A stretch of 64,000 bases of DNA from an uncultured bacterium (GCA_963749495.1 CAVVMW010000004.1:512001-576000), one strand, 5' to 3'. Positions 9,766-20,950 are shown, counted from the stretch's first letter. The notes: generated by a model from the letters alone, not told the origin. Translations and numbers: made by a program.

Positions 9766-11932
9766 GCCGAGTGGAGGCGGGCTGTTGCCAGCCCGCCCCC
9801 CTCTAAGAACCGTACCTGAAAGTTTCCCTTCATTCCGGCTCAAGCCTCTCCGACCGGTGCGCTCAGGTGTGGGCACGCGGCGGCAATCGCACAACGAAAC
9901 GAATGACCTCGGGCGAATCGCGGGCAGGTTCTGCCCTCAGCGAACGCGCCAAGCAAAGCATCGGCGCTGCTCGAAGTACTTGGTGTATTGTGGGTCATAG
10001 GGGTGGGCCTGCCCTTTGACCTTAATATGGCGTTCAATCCGGGTGCTGGCCAGGCGGTAGAGCCTGAGTACGCAACTCTTGCCCCGCCGCCGGGTTTTGA
10101 CGCTAAAACCCCCGTCCTCCCCCGCCGCGGAGAAGTATTTACGCTTCTTCCAGGCTTGAGATTTATTGGGGTGGCGTCGGGTGGCCCAGCGCCTCAGTTT
10201 GTGGTAAACGTAGTCGTCCACGGCGGTGAAAGTGCGCTTGGCTGCTCCGTTGCGATAGTAGTTGGCCCAGCCCCGCAGCAGCGGGTTGAGTTGACGCAGG
10301 AGCGCCTCTTGAGTGAGGCCCAAGGCGGATTGAACCTTCCGGCAGATTTTCTCGCGCAAGATTTTGACCTTGCTCTTTGCGGGAGTCGTCAGCAGTTTGT
10401 CCCCATATTTGCGCACGGTGTGCCCCAGGAAGTCGAAGCCCGTTTGGATGTGGGTGATGACGGTCTTTTGCTCTGAGAGTTCCAGACCTCGCTCGTGGAG
10501 GAAGGCCGTCAGGGCTGGTTTGACTTTCTGTTCGAGTAATTCCCGATTTGCGCCCGTCACGATAAAGTCATCGGCATAGCGCACGAAGTTGACTTTATCT
10601 CCTCGGCGGGCGACCGCTTTAACGGCCTGCTCCATGCCGTCCAACGCGAGGTTGGCCAGCAGTGGGGAAATCAGACCGCCTTGCGGCGTGCCCTTGGGGG
10701 TGGGAAACAGTTGGCCCTTCTCCCAGTAGCCGGCTTTGAGCCACGCACGCAGCAGTTGCTTGTCCAGGGGGACATGGTGCAAGAGCCACGAGTGGTCAAT
10801 TTCATCGAAACAAGCCCGGATGTCTCCCTCCAGCGCCCAGGGGGCGCTGCGTTTCTGGGAGAGCACGGTAACGCATTGCTCCAGGGCATCGGCACACCGG
10901 CGGCCCTCGCGGAAGCCATAGGAGTTTCTGTCGGCCAGAACCTCAGCAATGGGTGCGAGCGAAAGCGCGTAAAGCGCCTGCTGGGCGCGGTCGTGCAGGG
11001 TGGGGATGCTTAAGGGACGTAGTTTTCCGTTGGACTTGGGGATGTAGTGTCGGCGCAGGGGTTGGGGTCTGTATCCGTGACGTTTGAGGTTGAAGGCGGC
11101 GTGGAGTTTCTGTTTTCCGGTTCGCCAGATTACGTTATCAACACCGGGCGTTTTGGCGCCCCGGTTCGTGGTGACTCGATGCACGGCCAAAAGCTTGGCC
11201 GAGCGCGAGTGAGTCAGGAGCCATTGCAGGGCTTGCGCTCTGCGGTGGCATCCTGCTTGAGTTGCCTTGGCAATACGCATTTGCAGCCGCCGAACCTCTT
11301 GCCGGACCCGGGGCCAATCAATGGCTTTCCAGGACAGCGGCGGTGGGGTCAAAGACGCATCAGTTGAACGCTCAACCGTCATTTGCTTTCTCTGTCTCTC
11401 GGTGGTTCTACAAGTTCTCTTGCCAGGATTGACCAGACCGACGTGGGCATATCCAGCGCATTACCGCTGGCCTTGGCTTTTTCGGTCCTCCCAATGCTGC
11501 GCCCCCTGACCCGCCTTGCGGTGAGGTCTGCCCGGTCGCGTCACCGGGCAGGGTTGGCAGCGTTTCCGTGTTCTGCAACGTTCACAGGATGATTTAGGTC
11601 CGCCCTATACACCGGCAACGCGAGGTTCGCGTCGGGGGACTGAGAGCCCCCGAACCGGGTTGCTTGCCTTTTGGCCCAAGCCTTAACCAGCCTCTTTTGG
11701 CTTGACTGCAGTTACGATGCTTACGGGCGTTCATTTGGTTTTGACCATGTCGTCCGATTCTAGTGCTCCCCCGGATTGAGGCTCCCAGGTTTGCTCCATT
11801 GTCCGGAAGGCTTCAGACCCCAAGACGCCGCGCGTCTGGCGCCTGCTTCCGTAGAATACCTGTGGCGAAACACAGGGCTTAATCATGAACTGTTCATGTT
11901 TTTGCAGTGAACGTTGCAACTTCATGTCGCGG
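9766..11932 (-). mobile_element. Group II intron (probably IIB/CL-like lineage, no endonuclease domain)
   Basis: RT-maturase ORF; domain V GAGCCG...GAAA...CGGTTC at 9841-9807; domain VI hairpin with bulged A ending CTCGGC at 9766; 5' end CCGCGACATGAAG at 11932 supported by EBS1/IBS1 pairing. Confidence 0.9.
9937..11382 (-). CDS. ltrA: Group II intron reverse transcriptase/maturase
   Basis: RVT_N-like start (IDW...VRRLQMRIAKA), TPGVD, RPLSIPT, GTPQGGLISPLLAN, RYADDF, GFDFLG, domain X LRGWANYY; no HNH. Confidence 0.95.
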   Translation of the reverse strand: MTVERSTDASLTPPPLSWKAIDWPRVRQEVRRLQMRIAKATQAGCHRRAQALQWLLTHSRSAKLLAVHRVTTNRGAKTPGVDNVIWRTGKQKLHAAFNLKRHGYRPQPLRRHYIPKSNGKLRPLSIPTLHDRAQQALYALSLAPIAEVLADRNSYGFREGRRCADALEQCVTVLSQKRSAPWALEGDIRACFDEIDHSWLLHHVPLDKQLLRAWLKAGYWEKGQLFPTPKGTPQGGLISPLLANLALDGMEQAVKAVARRGDKVNFVRYADDFIVTGANRELLEQKVKPALTAFLHERGLELSEQKTVITHIQTGFDFLGHTVRKYGDKLLTTPAKSKVKILREKICRKVQSALGLTQEALLRQLNPLLRGWANYYRNGAAKRTFTAVDDYVYHKLRRWATRRHPNKSQAWKKRKYFSAAGEDGGFSVKTRRRGKSCVLRLYRLASTRIERHIKVKGQAHPYDPQYTKYFEQRRCFAWRVR

Positions 11933-11960
11933 CCCCAGCCCTGCAAGGGCGTCACACCTT

Positions 11961-12014
11961 ATGTCCCAATCTCCGGCCAACATCGTTGTTCACCTCGTCT
12001 TAGGCACCAAAAGC
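11961..12014 (+). pseudogene. N-terminal stub of an IS200/RAYT-type Y1 transposase
   Basis: MSQSPANIVVHLVLGTKS resembles the MxQSLxxxxxHxVFSTK start of TnpA(Y1); runs directly into a REP. Confidence 0.65.
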
Positions 12015-12021
12015 GATCTTC

Positions 12022-12120
12022 CGCCCCTTACAGGGCGGAGGAACGCCTCTTTCGGCTCCTACCTGGGGCTCCGCGCTGGGCGCTTCACCCCAGGCTTTCA
12101 CATTGCGGGCCTTCGGCCCT
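12022..12120 (+). repeat. Intact REP element, inverted relative to the intron-split copy
   Basis: CGCCCCTTACAGGGC...ACCTGGG...CCCAGGCTTTCACATTGCGGGCCTTCGGCCCT; three short hairpins. Confidence 0.85.
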
Positions 12121-12194
12121 CTTGTTGCGCAGACTACTCCAGGAATTTCTGGGCAGCATTCCGTGCTTGCTACGCACACGCCGCCCCATAGCAT

Positions 12195-15009
12195 ATGGCC
12201 GCAATGGGCGAGACCGATGACCTGTTCTCCTTTGCCTGCGCAGCGCCCGGAGTTCAGCTTTGCCGGCAGGTTGCGGTGCGTTTGCGGCTTGGGTGCGAGA
12301 TCCTTGGGTTGTGTGGGTTCCTGTTGCTGGGGGCAGCCGCATGGGGGCAGGCGAACTCGCCCTGGCCAAGGCTCGAAGAGGTGATCATCGTTTCCAAGAC
12401 CCATTTCGACATCGGCTACACCGATTTGGCCAGCAAGGTGGTGGATCGATACCGGACCACGATGGCCGACCAGGCCCTGAAGCTGGTCGAGGAGAGCCGG
12501 TCCCTGCCGCCGGATCAGCAGTTCTCCTGGACCTTGGCCGGCTGGCCCATGGCCCAGATTCTGTGGCCGGGCCAAACGCCCGAGCGGCGCGGCCAGTTCC
12601 TGGCCGCGATGCGCGCCGGCCGGCTGGTTCCCCACGCCCTGGCATTCACCACGCACACCGAATCGCTGGACCTGGAGGACCTCACACGGGGGCTCAGGTA
12701 TTCGGTCGAGCTGGCGAGGCTGGCCGGACAACCGCTGCCGACCGCAGCCAAGATGACTGATGTCACCTCCCACACCCGGGTCACCGCCACGATCCTGGCG
12801 CAGGCGGGAGTCGAGTTCTTCCACCTCGGCTGTAATGAGGGCTGTTCGCATCCCGAAGTTCCCTTACTCTACTGGTGGGAAGGTCCTGACGGGTCGCGGG
12901 TATTGACCATGTGCTCGGCGGCCTACGGCTCCGACCTGTGCCCGCCGCGCGACTGGCCGCACAAGACCTGGCTCTGTATGTGGATGACGGGCGACAATCA
13001 CGGGCCGCCCAATGCCCAGGAAGTCGAGCGCCTGTTTGCCCGGGCCAAGCAGGACCTGCCGGGCGTGCGCGTGCGCTTTGGCCGGATATCGGATTTTGCG
13101 GAGGCGATCTTGCGGGAGAACCCGGAACTGCCGGTCATTCGGGGGGACATGCCCGACACGTGGATTCATGGGATTGGCTCGATGCCCATCGAGACCCAGT
13201 TGGCGCACACCACGCGGCCGCGGATTGCGGCCTTGGAGGCGCTTGACACATTGCTGGAGGTTTGGGGCGCTTCAACAGGCTCCGCTGCCGAGGCCGTCCG
13301 CGAGGCCTATGAGAACACCTTGCTCTTTGGCGAACACACCTGGGGGCCGGATGTGCCGCGCTATGCCGGTTACGCCTACGGGGACGAGTGGAAAAAGAAA
13401 CTCGCCGCCGGCGATTACAGATTCCTGCTGGAGGGATTCGACCAGAAAGGGGCATACGCGCGCAAAGCCGCCGCGCTGGTCGAGCATGGGATTGAACAGC
13501 GTATGGCCAGTTTGGCGGCAGCCGTCAATGTGGCTGGACGGCGGATCGTGGTATTTAATCCCCTGCCTTGGGTTCGCGACGGCGCCGTCCAGGTGCCGTG
13601 GAGCGGCAGCGTGCCCTCGTTGAGGGATGTTACCAGTCAGGAAGTGGCCGCCTGTGCCCTGGACCGAGGACGGCTCCGGTTCGTCGCCCGGCGGCTGCCG
13701 CCGCTGGGATACCGGACTTTCACCATGTCGGACTCTCCAGCGCGAGAGAGAATTGCCAACGTCGCCCAAACGAATTGCCTCGAGAACGAGTTCTTCCGGG
13801 TGACACTCGATCCGGCACGGTGCGGCATTCGCTCGGTGGTTTGCACGAAAACCGGCCGGGAATTGGTCAATACCCAGTCGCCTTACGCGCTGGGGCAGTA
13901 CCTTTACGAGAGGTTCGACGCGGACCAGGCGGCCAGGTTTACCAGCGCCTACGTGACGTCCCCCACTTCGGGCGAGATGATCAGCCACGGCAAGCCCAAA
14001 TTGCCGCCGGCCAAACAGTACCCTTATTGTGCGGCCACATCTGTCGAGGCGACGCTGGAGATTCGGAGCAATGAGGTTTTCGGTCACGGCCGTGCTCAAA
14101 GCCGCGCCACGCGGCATCATCCCCGATGCCACGCAGTTGCGGGTGACGCTTTACGCGGGCCAGCCTTGGCTGGACCTGGAGTGGTCGATTACCAATAAGA
14201 CTCCCGATCCCTGGCCCGAGGGCGGGTGGCTCTGTTTCCCGTTGCGCGCCAGGGACCCGAGCTTTCGGTTGGCTCGCCTGGGCACCATCGTGGATCCGGC
14301 CAAAGACCTGGTCCGCGGCTCGAACCATGAGATTTTCTGCCTCAATGGCGGTCTGCTGGTGAGGGGCGCCGGAGGAGGCGGCACGGGCCTCTGCCCTATG
14401 GACGCGCAATTGGTGAGCCTGGAACACCCGGGGCTATGGCGTTATACACGGGATTTCGTGGCCCGGAAACCGGACGTGTTCGTGTTGTTGTTCGATAACG
14501 TGTATTCGACCAACTTCCGCCAGTGGATCGATGGCTCGTGGTCGTCCCGGGTCCGTCTCTGGGCAACCGACGAAGCCGAATCCGGTGACGAGTCGCTCAT
14601 TGGCAACTCCTGGGAGGCGCGCGTGGAATGCCTGGCGGCTGTGTCTGAGGCTGAGCCGGGCAATCTGCCGGCCGTGGCGGCGGGCTTGGCCATCACCAAG
14701 GCCGAAGCCGCAGCCCAGGCAGGGACCACGGCGACCGCCGCCCCGGCCCCGCGCGGGTTGATCCTCACTGCCTTCGGCCACAATCCGTATGGCGAAGGGA
14801 CGCTGCTGCGGCTATGGGAGCAGATTGGCGAGCCGGGCGCATACACGATCCAGTTGCCAAACGGAATGAAGGCCCACACGGCCCAGCCGTGCAACTTGCG
14901 CGGCGAAATCACAGGCCCGCCGCTCGCCATCTCGAAGAGCGGCGCTTTCAACATAAAGGCCAACCCCATGGCTCCTACCAGCGTTATCCTCCTGGGAAAT
15001 CAAAGATAA
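12195..15009 (+). CDS. GH38-like glycoside hydrolase (~937 aa), +1 frameshift in TTTT 14077-14080; start uncertain
   Basis: THFDIGYTD metal motif, WWEGPDGSRVL, EHTWG, VFNPLPW; one T fewer gives IRSNEVSVTAVLK joining the 14029-15009 ORF. Confidence 0.8.
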
Positions 15010-15133
15010 CGATGGCAACCGCGAGTTCGGCTGAGGGGGCACCTGCTCGCACTCATGGCGAGTGCCCAAGAGCCTCCTCGGCACTAAGGTTGCCGTTCGC
15101 ACGGGGACCATGAACCGGAAGGGCGTGGCCCGA

Positions 15134-15244
15134 CGCGAAGCGTTTTGGACTGCGGCAGTCCTCTGCCGCTTTGTCGACCCTGGGGACACGAAAGCGCCAG
15201 AGGACTGGCGCAGTCCAAAGCCTGCGGGCTTGGCGGCGGTTCTT
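15134..15244. repeat. REP-like palindromic doublet, copy 2
   Basis: Near-identical to 3457-3566. Confidence 0.85.
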
Positions 15245-15318
15245 GGACAGATTTTCGCACCCTACACGCTTTTGGGATTGTGAGCCATGGGCCGAACCGC
15301 TGAATATGCCGGAGACCT

Positions 15319-17536
15319 ATGAGACTCATTACACCGTCCCTAAGCCTGAAGGCAGTTGCAACTGGTTGCCTCGCCCTGGCCACGCTCGGAGCTGAAGGCC
15401 AGGCAGACAACGGCGCGAGATGGGTGAAGCCCGCCGTGGAGCAGGTGGCCCCGGGCGTGTGGAGGGTCCGCTTTGAAACTCCGGAGCGGTTCACACCCGG
15501 CGCGATCCGGGAGGCGGGGCCACGCCTGGACGACTTGAAGCGCCTGCCGCCGCCGCCGGCGCTCCCGTTTGAGCCTGGCCAAATCCGCGGCAGGATCAGC
15601 CCGTCTCACACCGCGGTTTATGTCCCGTGCGAGGAACCCGGGGAGCAGATTTATGGGTTTGGCCTCGACCCGGGAGCTTACGAGCAAAAAGGCCTGCGCA
15701 AGTATCTGACCGTGTGCGCGGGAGTCATGGGCAAGACTGGCGCGAGCCATGGGCCAGTCCCGTTTTACGTCAGCACCAGAGGATACGGCGTCTATGTGGA
15801 TACCGCTCGGGTGCCCTTGGTTCACGTCGCGCGGTTAACAGCCAAAGATCACAATGAATCCGGCGACAGTCATCCGCCCACGCTCAAGACCAGCGAGCGC
15901 GAACTCTACGCCGCGGGCCCAACCCACGGCCGGAGCGAAGTCGTCTTCGAGCTGCAGGGCAATCCTCGAGGAGTCGAAGTCTTTGTCTTCGGGGGCCCGA
16001 CGTTGCGCGAGGCGGTGCAACGGTACAACCTCTTTTCGGGCGGTGGCGCGGTTCCACCGCTGTGGGGCCTGGGACTCAAGTACCGGACCTTCACCGGCGC
16101 CAACCAGGCCTCGGTGATGCAAGTGGCGCGCTCGTTGCGGGAGATGAAAATCCCTTGCGACATGATCGGATTGGAGCCGGGCTGGCAGTCCCATGCCTAT
16201 TCTTGTTCGCTGGCGTGGTCGAAGGAACGGTTTCCACAACCGGAGGCCATGGTCCGGGAACTCCGGCAGGCTGGGTTCGAAATCAACCTGTGGGAACACG
16301 CTTACATCCACCCGACGTCACCGTTGTACGCGCCGCTGCGCCCGCACTCCGGGGATTTCCTGGTCTGGGGCGGGCTGGTGGTGGATTTTGCCGATCCGGA
16401 GGCATCCCGGATTTTTGCCGACTATCACGACCGGGAGTTCGTCAGCCAGGGCATTTTGGGATTCAAAGCCGATGAGTGCGACAATCAGCCGCTCGAAGAC
16501 GCCACGCCTTTCAATTATCCGTATAGCTCGGTGTTCCCGTCGGGCATCAATGGCGACCAGATGACCCAGCTCTTCGGCTATTTCCAGCAGCGCGCGCTCC
16601 TGTCAGTTTTCCGAGCGCATAACCGCCGCACCTGGGGTGACGTGCGGGCGACAACGGCACTGGCCAGTCCCCTGCCGTTCAATCTTTACAGTGACGCCTA
16701 CACGTTCGACCAGTACCTCCGCCAGCTCGTCAATGCTTCCTTTACCGGCTTGCTCTGGTCGCCAGAGGTGAGGGAAGCCCGTAGTTTGGACGAATTGCTG
16801 AATCGGGTGGCGATGAGCGCGTTTGCTCCGCAAATGTGCTTGAATCTATGGTTCATGCCCCACCCGCTTTGGGAACAGTATGACGGCGGGAAGAACAAGG
16901 CCCACCAATTGTTGCCTGAAGCCGAGCGTCAGGCCGTCGCCGACCGCCTGCGGTCCATCGTCAACCAGCGCTACGAGTTGCTGCCCTACCTTTATGCCTG
17001 CTTCCACCGCTACCGGACCGAGGGGCTGCCGCCCGTGCGCTCATTGCTCCTGGAGTTCCCTCAGGACCGGGAACTTCGGGCGGTGGATAACGCCTTTATG
17101 TTCGGCGACAGCCTGTTGGCCGCTCCCTTTATCGGCGAAGCCAGTTCACGAACGCTCACTCTGCCGCGAGGGGTCCGCTGGTATGAGTTGAATGCGAGCC
17201 GCTGGCATGACGGTGGCGCCGTGGTGTCGGTCACGGGAAAACCGGGCCAGATGCCCCTTTTTGTAAAGGAAAACTCGTTGTTGCCCCTGGCCGAACCGCT
17301 GCAGCACGTGGATCGCGACACGGTCTTCAAAATCACCGTGAAGGCCTACGGCAAGAAGCCCGGCGCCATTCACGCTAATCGAAGATGACGGGCAGACCTA
17401 TGATTTCGAGAAGGGGGCGTTGAGCCGCGTCGTTCTAAAATGGCAGGCCGATGGCGGCGGGAACGTTGAACGAACCGGCCCGTTTGCCGGGCGAAGGTAT
17501 GACATTGTGGCTTGGGAGCCGCAGCCTGGTCCTTGA
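15319..17536 (+). CDS. GH31 glycoside hydrolase (~738 aa), +1 frameshift near 17360
   Basis: PVPFYVSTRGYG, PPLWGLG, GFKADECD, RYELLPYLY, FMFGDSLLAAP; one C fewer restores FTLIEDDGQTYDFEKG and a stop at 17536. Confidence 0.85.
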
Positions 17537-17915
17537 GAACGACCTCCGGGCTTGGTGTGGAAGGTGGGATTGACACCCAATTCCACAAGATGGCGGTCGG
17601 CAAACGAACGCAAAGCGTATGCGCGTGAGGACCGTCCGGACTCAGAACGCCTTCTGCGATCCGTGATGGGAATAGATGAGTTTCTGCACGCTACGGGGCG
17701 TTGATGCAGACCGCTCCGAGGCTTGTCCTGGATCGCCATTTCAACGAGCCGACCCGTTCTCCCCCGCCTCTCCAATGACGGTATCGAGAACCGGGATTGA
17801 CGTTCCACCTTCTGATTCGTTATTCAAGACGCCGCCCGTGACCGACTACCCTGAAAGAACTCACCGAACGAATTCGCGCTTTGCGCCCCTGAACCTCGAC
17901 GGTGCGGGCCCATCC

Positions 17916-17950
17916 CGCGATGCGTTTTGGACTGCCGCAGTCCAAAACCT
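17916..17950. repeat. Internally deleted third copy of the GACTGC REP doublet
   Basis: GTTTTGGACTGC-CGCAGTCCAAAAC: only the outer arms remain. Confidence 0.7.
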
Positions 17951-18032
17951 CGCGGGCCTCCTCACGGGTTCATGGAGAGGGTATCCCTCCGACAACCGGC
18001 ATTCGTGTCGTTGGGGGTGGACAGCCTGGGAC

Positions 18033-18524
18033 TCAACGAGTGGGGCGCAAATTCCCTGCGCCCGCCGGCGCGGTCGAAGCCGCCGTGGCGTTCATTCCAC
18101 TGGATTCCCCTGGTCGGTTGGCCTGCCAAAGCTCGGACAGACGATTGCCAAAGGCAAAGAAATTGGGCAGCCCTCCCCGTGCGCGACACTCGGCTGCCGG
18201 GGCCAGTTCGTCTGTCTCCGCAGCCCGTGCCGAGGTCGGCGCGTCTTTCGCGCCGCTCGCGGCAAAGTGACGCGCCGCAAATTGGAGCCCATCCGACCCA
18301 AGCCAGGCGCTCAAGCGCGGCAGGTCATGCCGGATGCCGGGGATCTCCCAATAGATGTTGTAGCCCACCTTGGTGTTCATCGCCGCGCTCTGGTAGCTGC
18401 GGTGCTGCTCCAGCGGCAGAGGCCGGGCCGGGGGATTGAAGAAGCTCATAAAGGGCCTCTCCTCGGCGGCATTCAGCCAAGGCGCCAGGAAGCTCAAGAG
18501 AAATCAAGCTCGAAGAAATCTCAT
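18033..18524 (-). pseudogene. Esterase-like alpha/beta hydrolase remnant (core deleted, TGA in signal peptide)
   Basis: HRSYQSAAMNTKVGYNIY joined directly to WEIPGIRHD; no GxSxG; in-frame TGA at codon 7. Confidence 0.5.
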
Positions 18525-18630
18525 GAAGCGAGGTTAAATGGTTTTCGCTCCGAGTCGAGCCGTTTGCTGCGGAAGGGCCACAGGAATCGCTATGGTCCGG
18601 AGCCTCGCGAAGCAAAACTGGAGCCGCGGG

Positions 18631-18973
18631 GCAGCCGCAACCAAAATCCGTGAAATCCGCGGAATCCGTGGTAACAACTCCCGCGAGAGACCACGGATCT
18701 CACGGATTTCACGGAGAACTCAGGGCAGGTCGCATTCCTCGTGCTCGGTGCTGACAACGCAGTCCCGTTCGTCAACGAGATTGAAATAATCGCTAATGGA
18801 CGCGAATGGACGCGAATCAGCAGGAGTATTGTGAAGGTGTCGTGGCAGGCGGAAGCTCGTTTTCATTCGCGTTTATTGGCGTTCATTCGCGGTTGCACTC
18901 AACGGGGTTGCAGGCTGGACGAGTCTATCAAAACGGGCTCTCCATTCGCGTTCATTGGCGTTCATTCGCGGTT
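18631..18973. repeat. Cluster of trimeric periodic inverted repeats (ATCCGTG and ATTCGCG families)
   Basis: (ATCCGYGNN)3 18646-18672 vs CCACGGAT trimer 18691-18715; (CGCGAATGGA)3 18791-18817 vs ATTCGCG trimers 18865-18894 and 18944-18973. Confidence 0.85.
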
Positions 18974-18989
18974 ACAGATCTAATTGCCA

Positions 18990-19211
18990 CCGCAATGAAA
19001 TGGGGCTGCCCCAATGCCGGCCAATCCCCCCTCGGCATCGCTGAGCGGCTCTGTCTTCCGCGTATTCCGCGTATTCCGCGGTTGCGCTCAGGATTCTGCC
19101 TCGTAAATGAGATTGGTTTCCATGGCTGGCGAGCCTGGCAAAGCTCCGAAGAAGAATGAACCGCGGAACACGCGGAACACGCGGAAATGAACAGGTCTAA
19201 CGGTTACTATT
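18990..19211 (+). repeat. ~220-bp dispersed repeat, copy 1
   Basis: Aligns end to end with 34829-35049; contains (TTCCGCGTA)3 and its inverted trimer. Confidence 0.9.
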
Positions 19212-19424
19212 CCCAATCAAAAACCACCGGAGAATACAGGTCTATTTCGGGCACCACGACGCTAATCATCGCCGTCGGGCTGCAAGCGGCGCCCGGACCA
19301 CCCAAGGCGAAATGCCGCGCTCGGGCGGGCGCGCTTTGGGATTGACTCTGGAGCTGCCGGGGTTTCACATATGGACGGCAGAAATAATCGAATATAGACC
19401 TTCTGCCGAACATTAGAATAGTCT

Positions 19425-20795
19425 ATGAAACAACACTCTCAGGTTAGTCGTCGTCGTTTCCTCCAAAGCACCGCAACCTTCGCCGGCGTGGCCGCCGGGG
19501 CGCGCTTTTTTGGCATGCCCTCGCTGCTGGCGGCAGGCTCGCCCAACTCCAAGCTGGGCGTGGCCGTCATTGCCGTGGACGGTATGGGCAACTACAGCTT
19601 TGACTGCGCCATGGGGGAGCGGTTCGTAGCCGCTTGCGACGTGGATGACAACCGGATGGCGGGCAAGCTCAAGCAGTTCACTGACCGAATCAAGGACCGG
19701 CCGGCGCCGAGAGCCTACTATGATTACCGCAAGATGCTCGAGGAGTGCCAGAAGGACATCAACGTTGTCCTCATCGCCACGCCGGACCATCACCATGCCC
19801 CGGCGGCCATCCGGGCTATTCACCTTGGCAAGGCCGTATTTTCGCAAAAGCCGCTGGCCCACAATATTTACGAGTGCTACGCCCTGGCCAAGGCGGCCCG
19901 CGAGAAGAATGTGCTGACGCAGATGGGCAACCAGGGGCATTGCAGCGATACGATCCGCAAGGCCTGCGAGTATATCTGGGCGGGCGCCGTCGGTGACGTG
20001 ACCGAGACCCACTCGCTTTTGGGGCGGAACTTCGGCGGCAGCGGCGGACGGCCCGCCAGCAAGCCGGTCCCAGCCGGACTGCACTGGGATGAATGGCTGG
20101 GGCCCGCGCCCTATCGCAACTACCATGAGGGCCTGCACCCTTTTAGCTGGCGGAGCTGGCGCCACTTCGGCACCGGGACCATCGGCGACATGGCCTGCCA
20201 CAACCTGGACGCCGTCTTTTGGGCACTCAAGATTGGCGAGGCCAAGCGCTTTACTGTCGAGTGCCTCCACAGCCAGGGCGGCAGCGAGGAAATGTACCCG
20301 CAGAGCAATATCGTGCGGTACGAAATCCCCGCCCGCGCCGGCATGGGGGCGGTCAAAGTCCATGTCTATGACAACTCCGATCTGCGGCCGGAGATCATGA
20401 AGGACGCCGAGCAGAAGTACGGCGTCAAGTTCGGCGAGGACACGCTCTTTGTCGGGGACAAGGGCCTGTTTCGCACCGGCGGCACCTGCGACTCGCTCGG
20501 GTTCCTGCCGGAAGACCGCCGCACGGAGGTTCCCGACCCTCCGAAGGTTCTGCCCCGCGCTCACGGTGGCCCCATCGAAGACCTATTCTACGCCTGTAAG
20601 AATGGAACGGTTCCGTGCTCGAATTTTCCCGGCGCCTCCGCCCCGCTGACGGCGTTTGCGCTCGCCGGCCACCTGGCCCAGTTCGCCGGGGTTGGCAAAA
20701 AGCTCGAATGGGACGTCGAGCAGATGAAGGTCATCAATATGCCCGAGATCAACCGCTACGTGCGGCGGGAATATCGGCAGGGGTGGGAGGTGTAG
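19425..20795 (+). CDS. Gfo/Idh/MocA family oxidoreductase, Tat-exported
   Basis: SRRRFLQ Tat motif; IATPDHHHA, QKPLAH, TQMGNQG, GDMACH. Confidence 0.9.
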   Translation: MKQHSQVSRRRFLQSTATFAGVAAGARFFGMPSLLAAGSPNSKLGVAVIAVDGMGNYSFDCAMGERFVAACDVDDNRMAGKLKQFTDRIKDRPAPRAYYDYRKMLEECQKDINVVLIATPDHHHAPAAIRAIHLGKAVFSQKPLAHNIYECYALAKAAREKNVLTQMGNQGHCSDTIRKACEYIWAGAVGDVTETHSLLGRNFGGSGGRPASKPVPAGLHWDEWLGPAPYRNYHEGLHPFSWRSWRHFGTGTIGDMACHNLDAVFWALKIGEAKRFTVECLHSQGGSEEMYPQSNIVRYEIPARAGMGAVKVHVYDNSDLRPEIMKDAEQKYGVKFGEDTLFVGDKGLFRTGGTCDSLGFLPEDRRTEVPDPPKVLPRAHGGPIEDLFYACKNGTVPCSNFPGASAPLTAFALAGHLAQFAGVGKKLEWDVEQMKVINMPEINRYVRREYRQGWEV

Positions 20796-20866
20796 GAGTC
20801 TGGCCCGCACCCGTTCGCCTTGGCCGCAGGCGATTAAAGTTGCCCGGCATGCGCCCCGAGAGCTTT

Positions 20867-20950
20867 GTCCCGAAGGGACATCTGACAATAGCCCGGCGTT
20901 TCAACGCCGGTAGGGCGGAAAAAGTACCCTCGTCCCGAAGGGACGACCGA
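20867..20950. repeat. REP-like element (GTCCCGAAGGGAC hairpins)
   Basis: GTCCC-GAA-GGGAC at 20867 and 20932 with a CCGGCG-TTTCAA-CGCCGG hairpin between. Confidence 0.7.

Noticed and set aside
9937..11382. RT as a retron, DGR or defence-associated RT
   Set aside because: Domain X, domain V/VI RNA and EBS/IBS pairing identify a group II intron; no template/variable repeat pair seen
18631..19211. Possible CRISPR array in the repeat clusters (also 33.2-34.0 kb)
   Set aside because: No constant direct repeat with regular unique spacers and no cas genes
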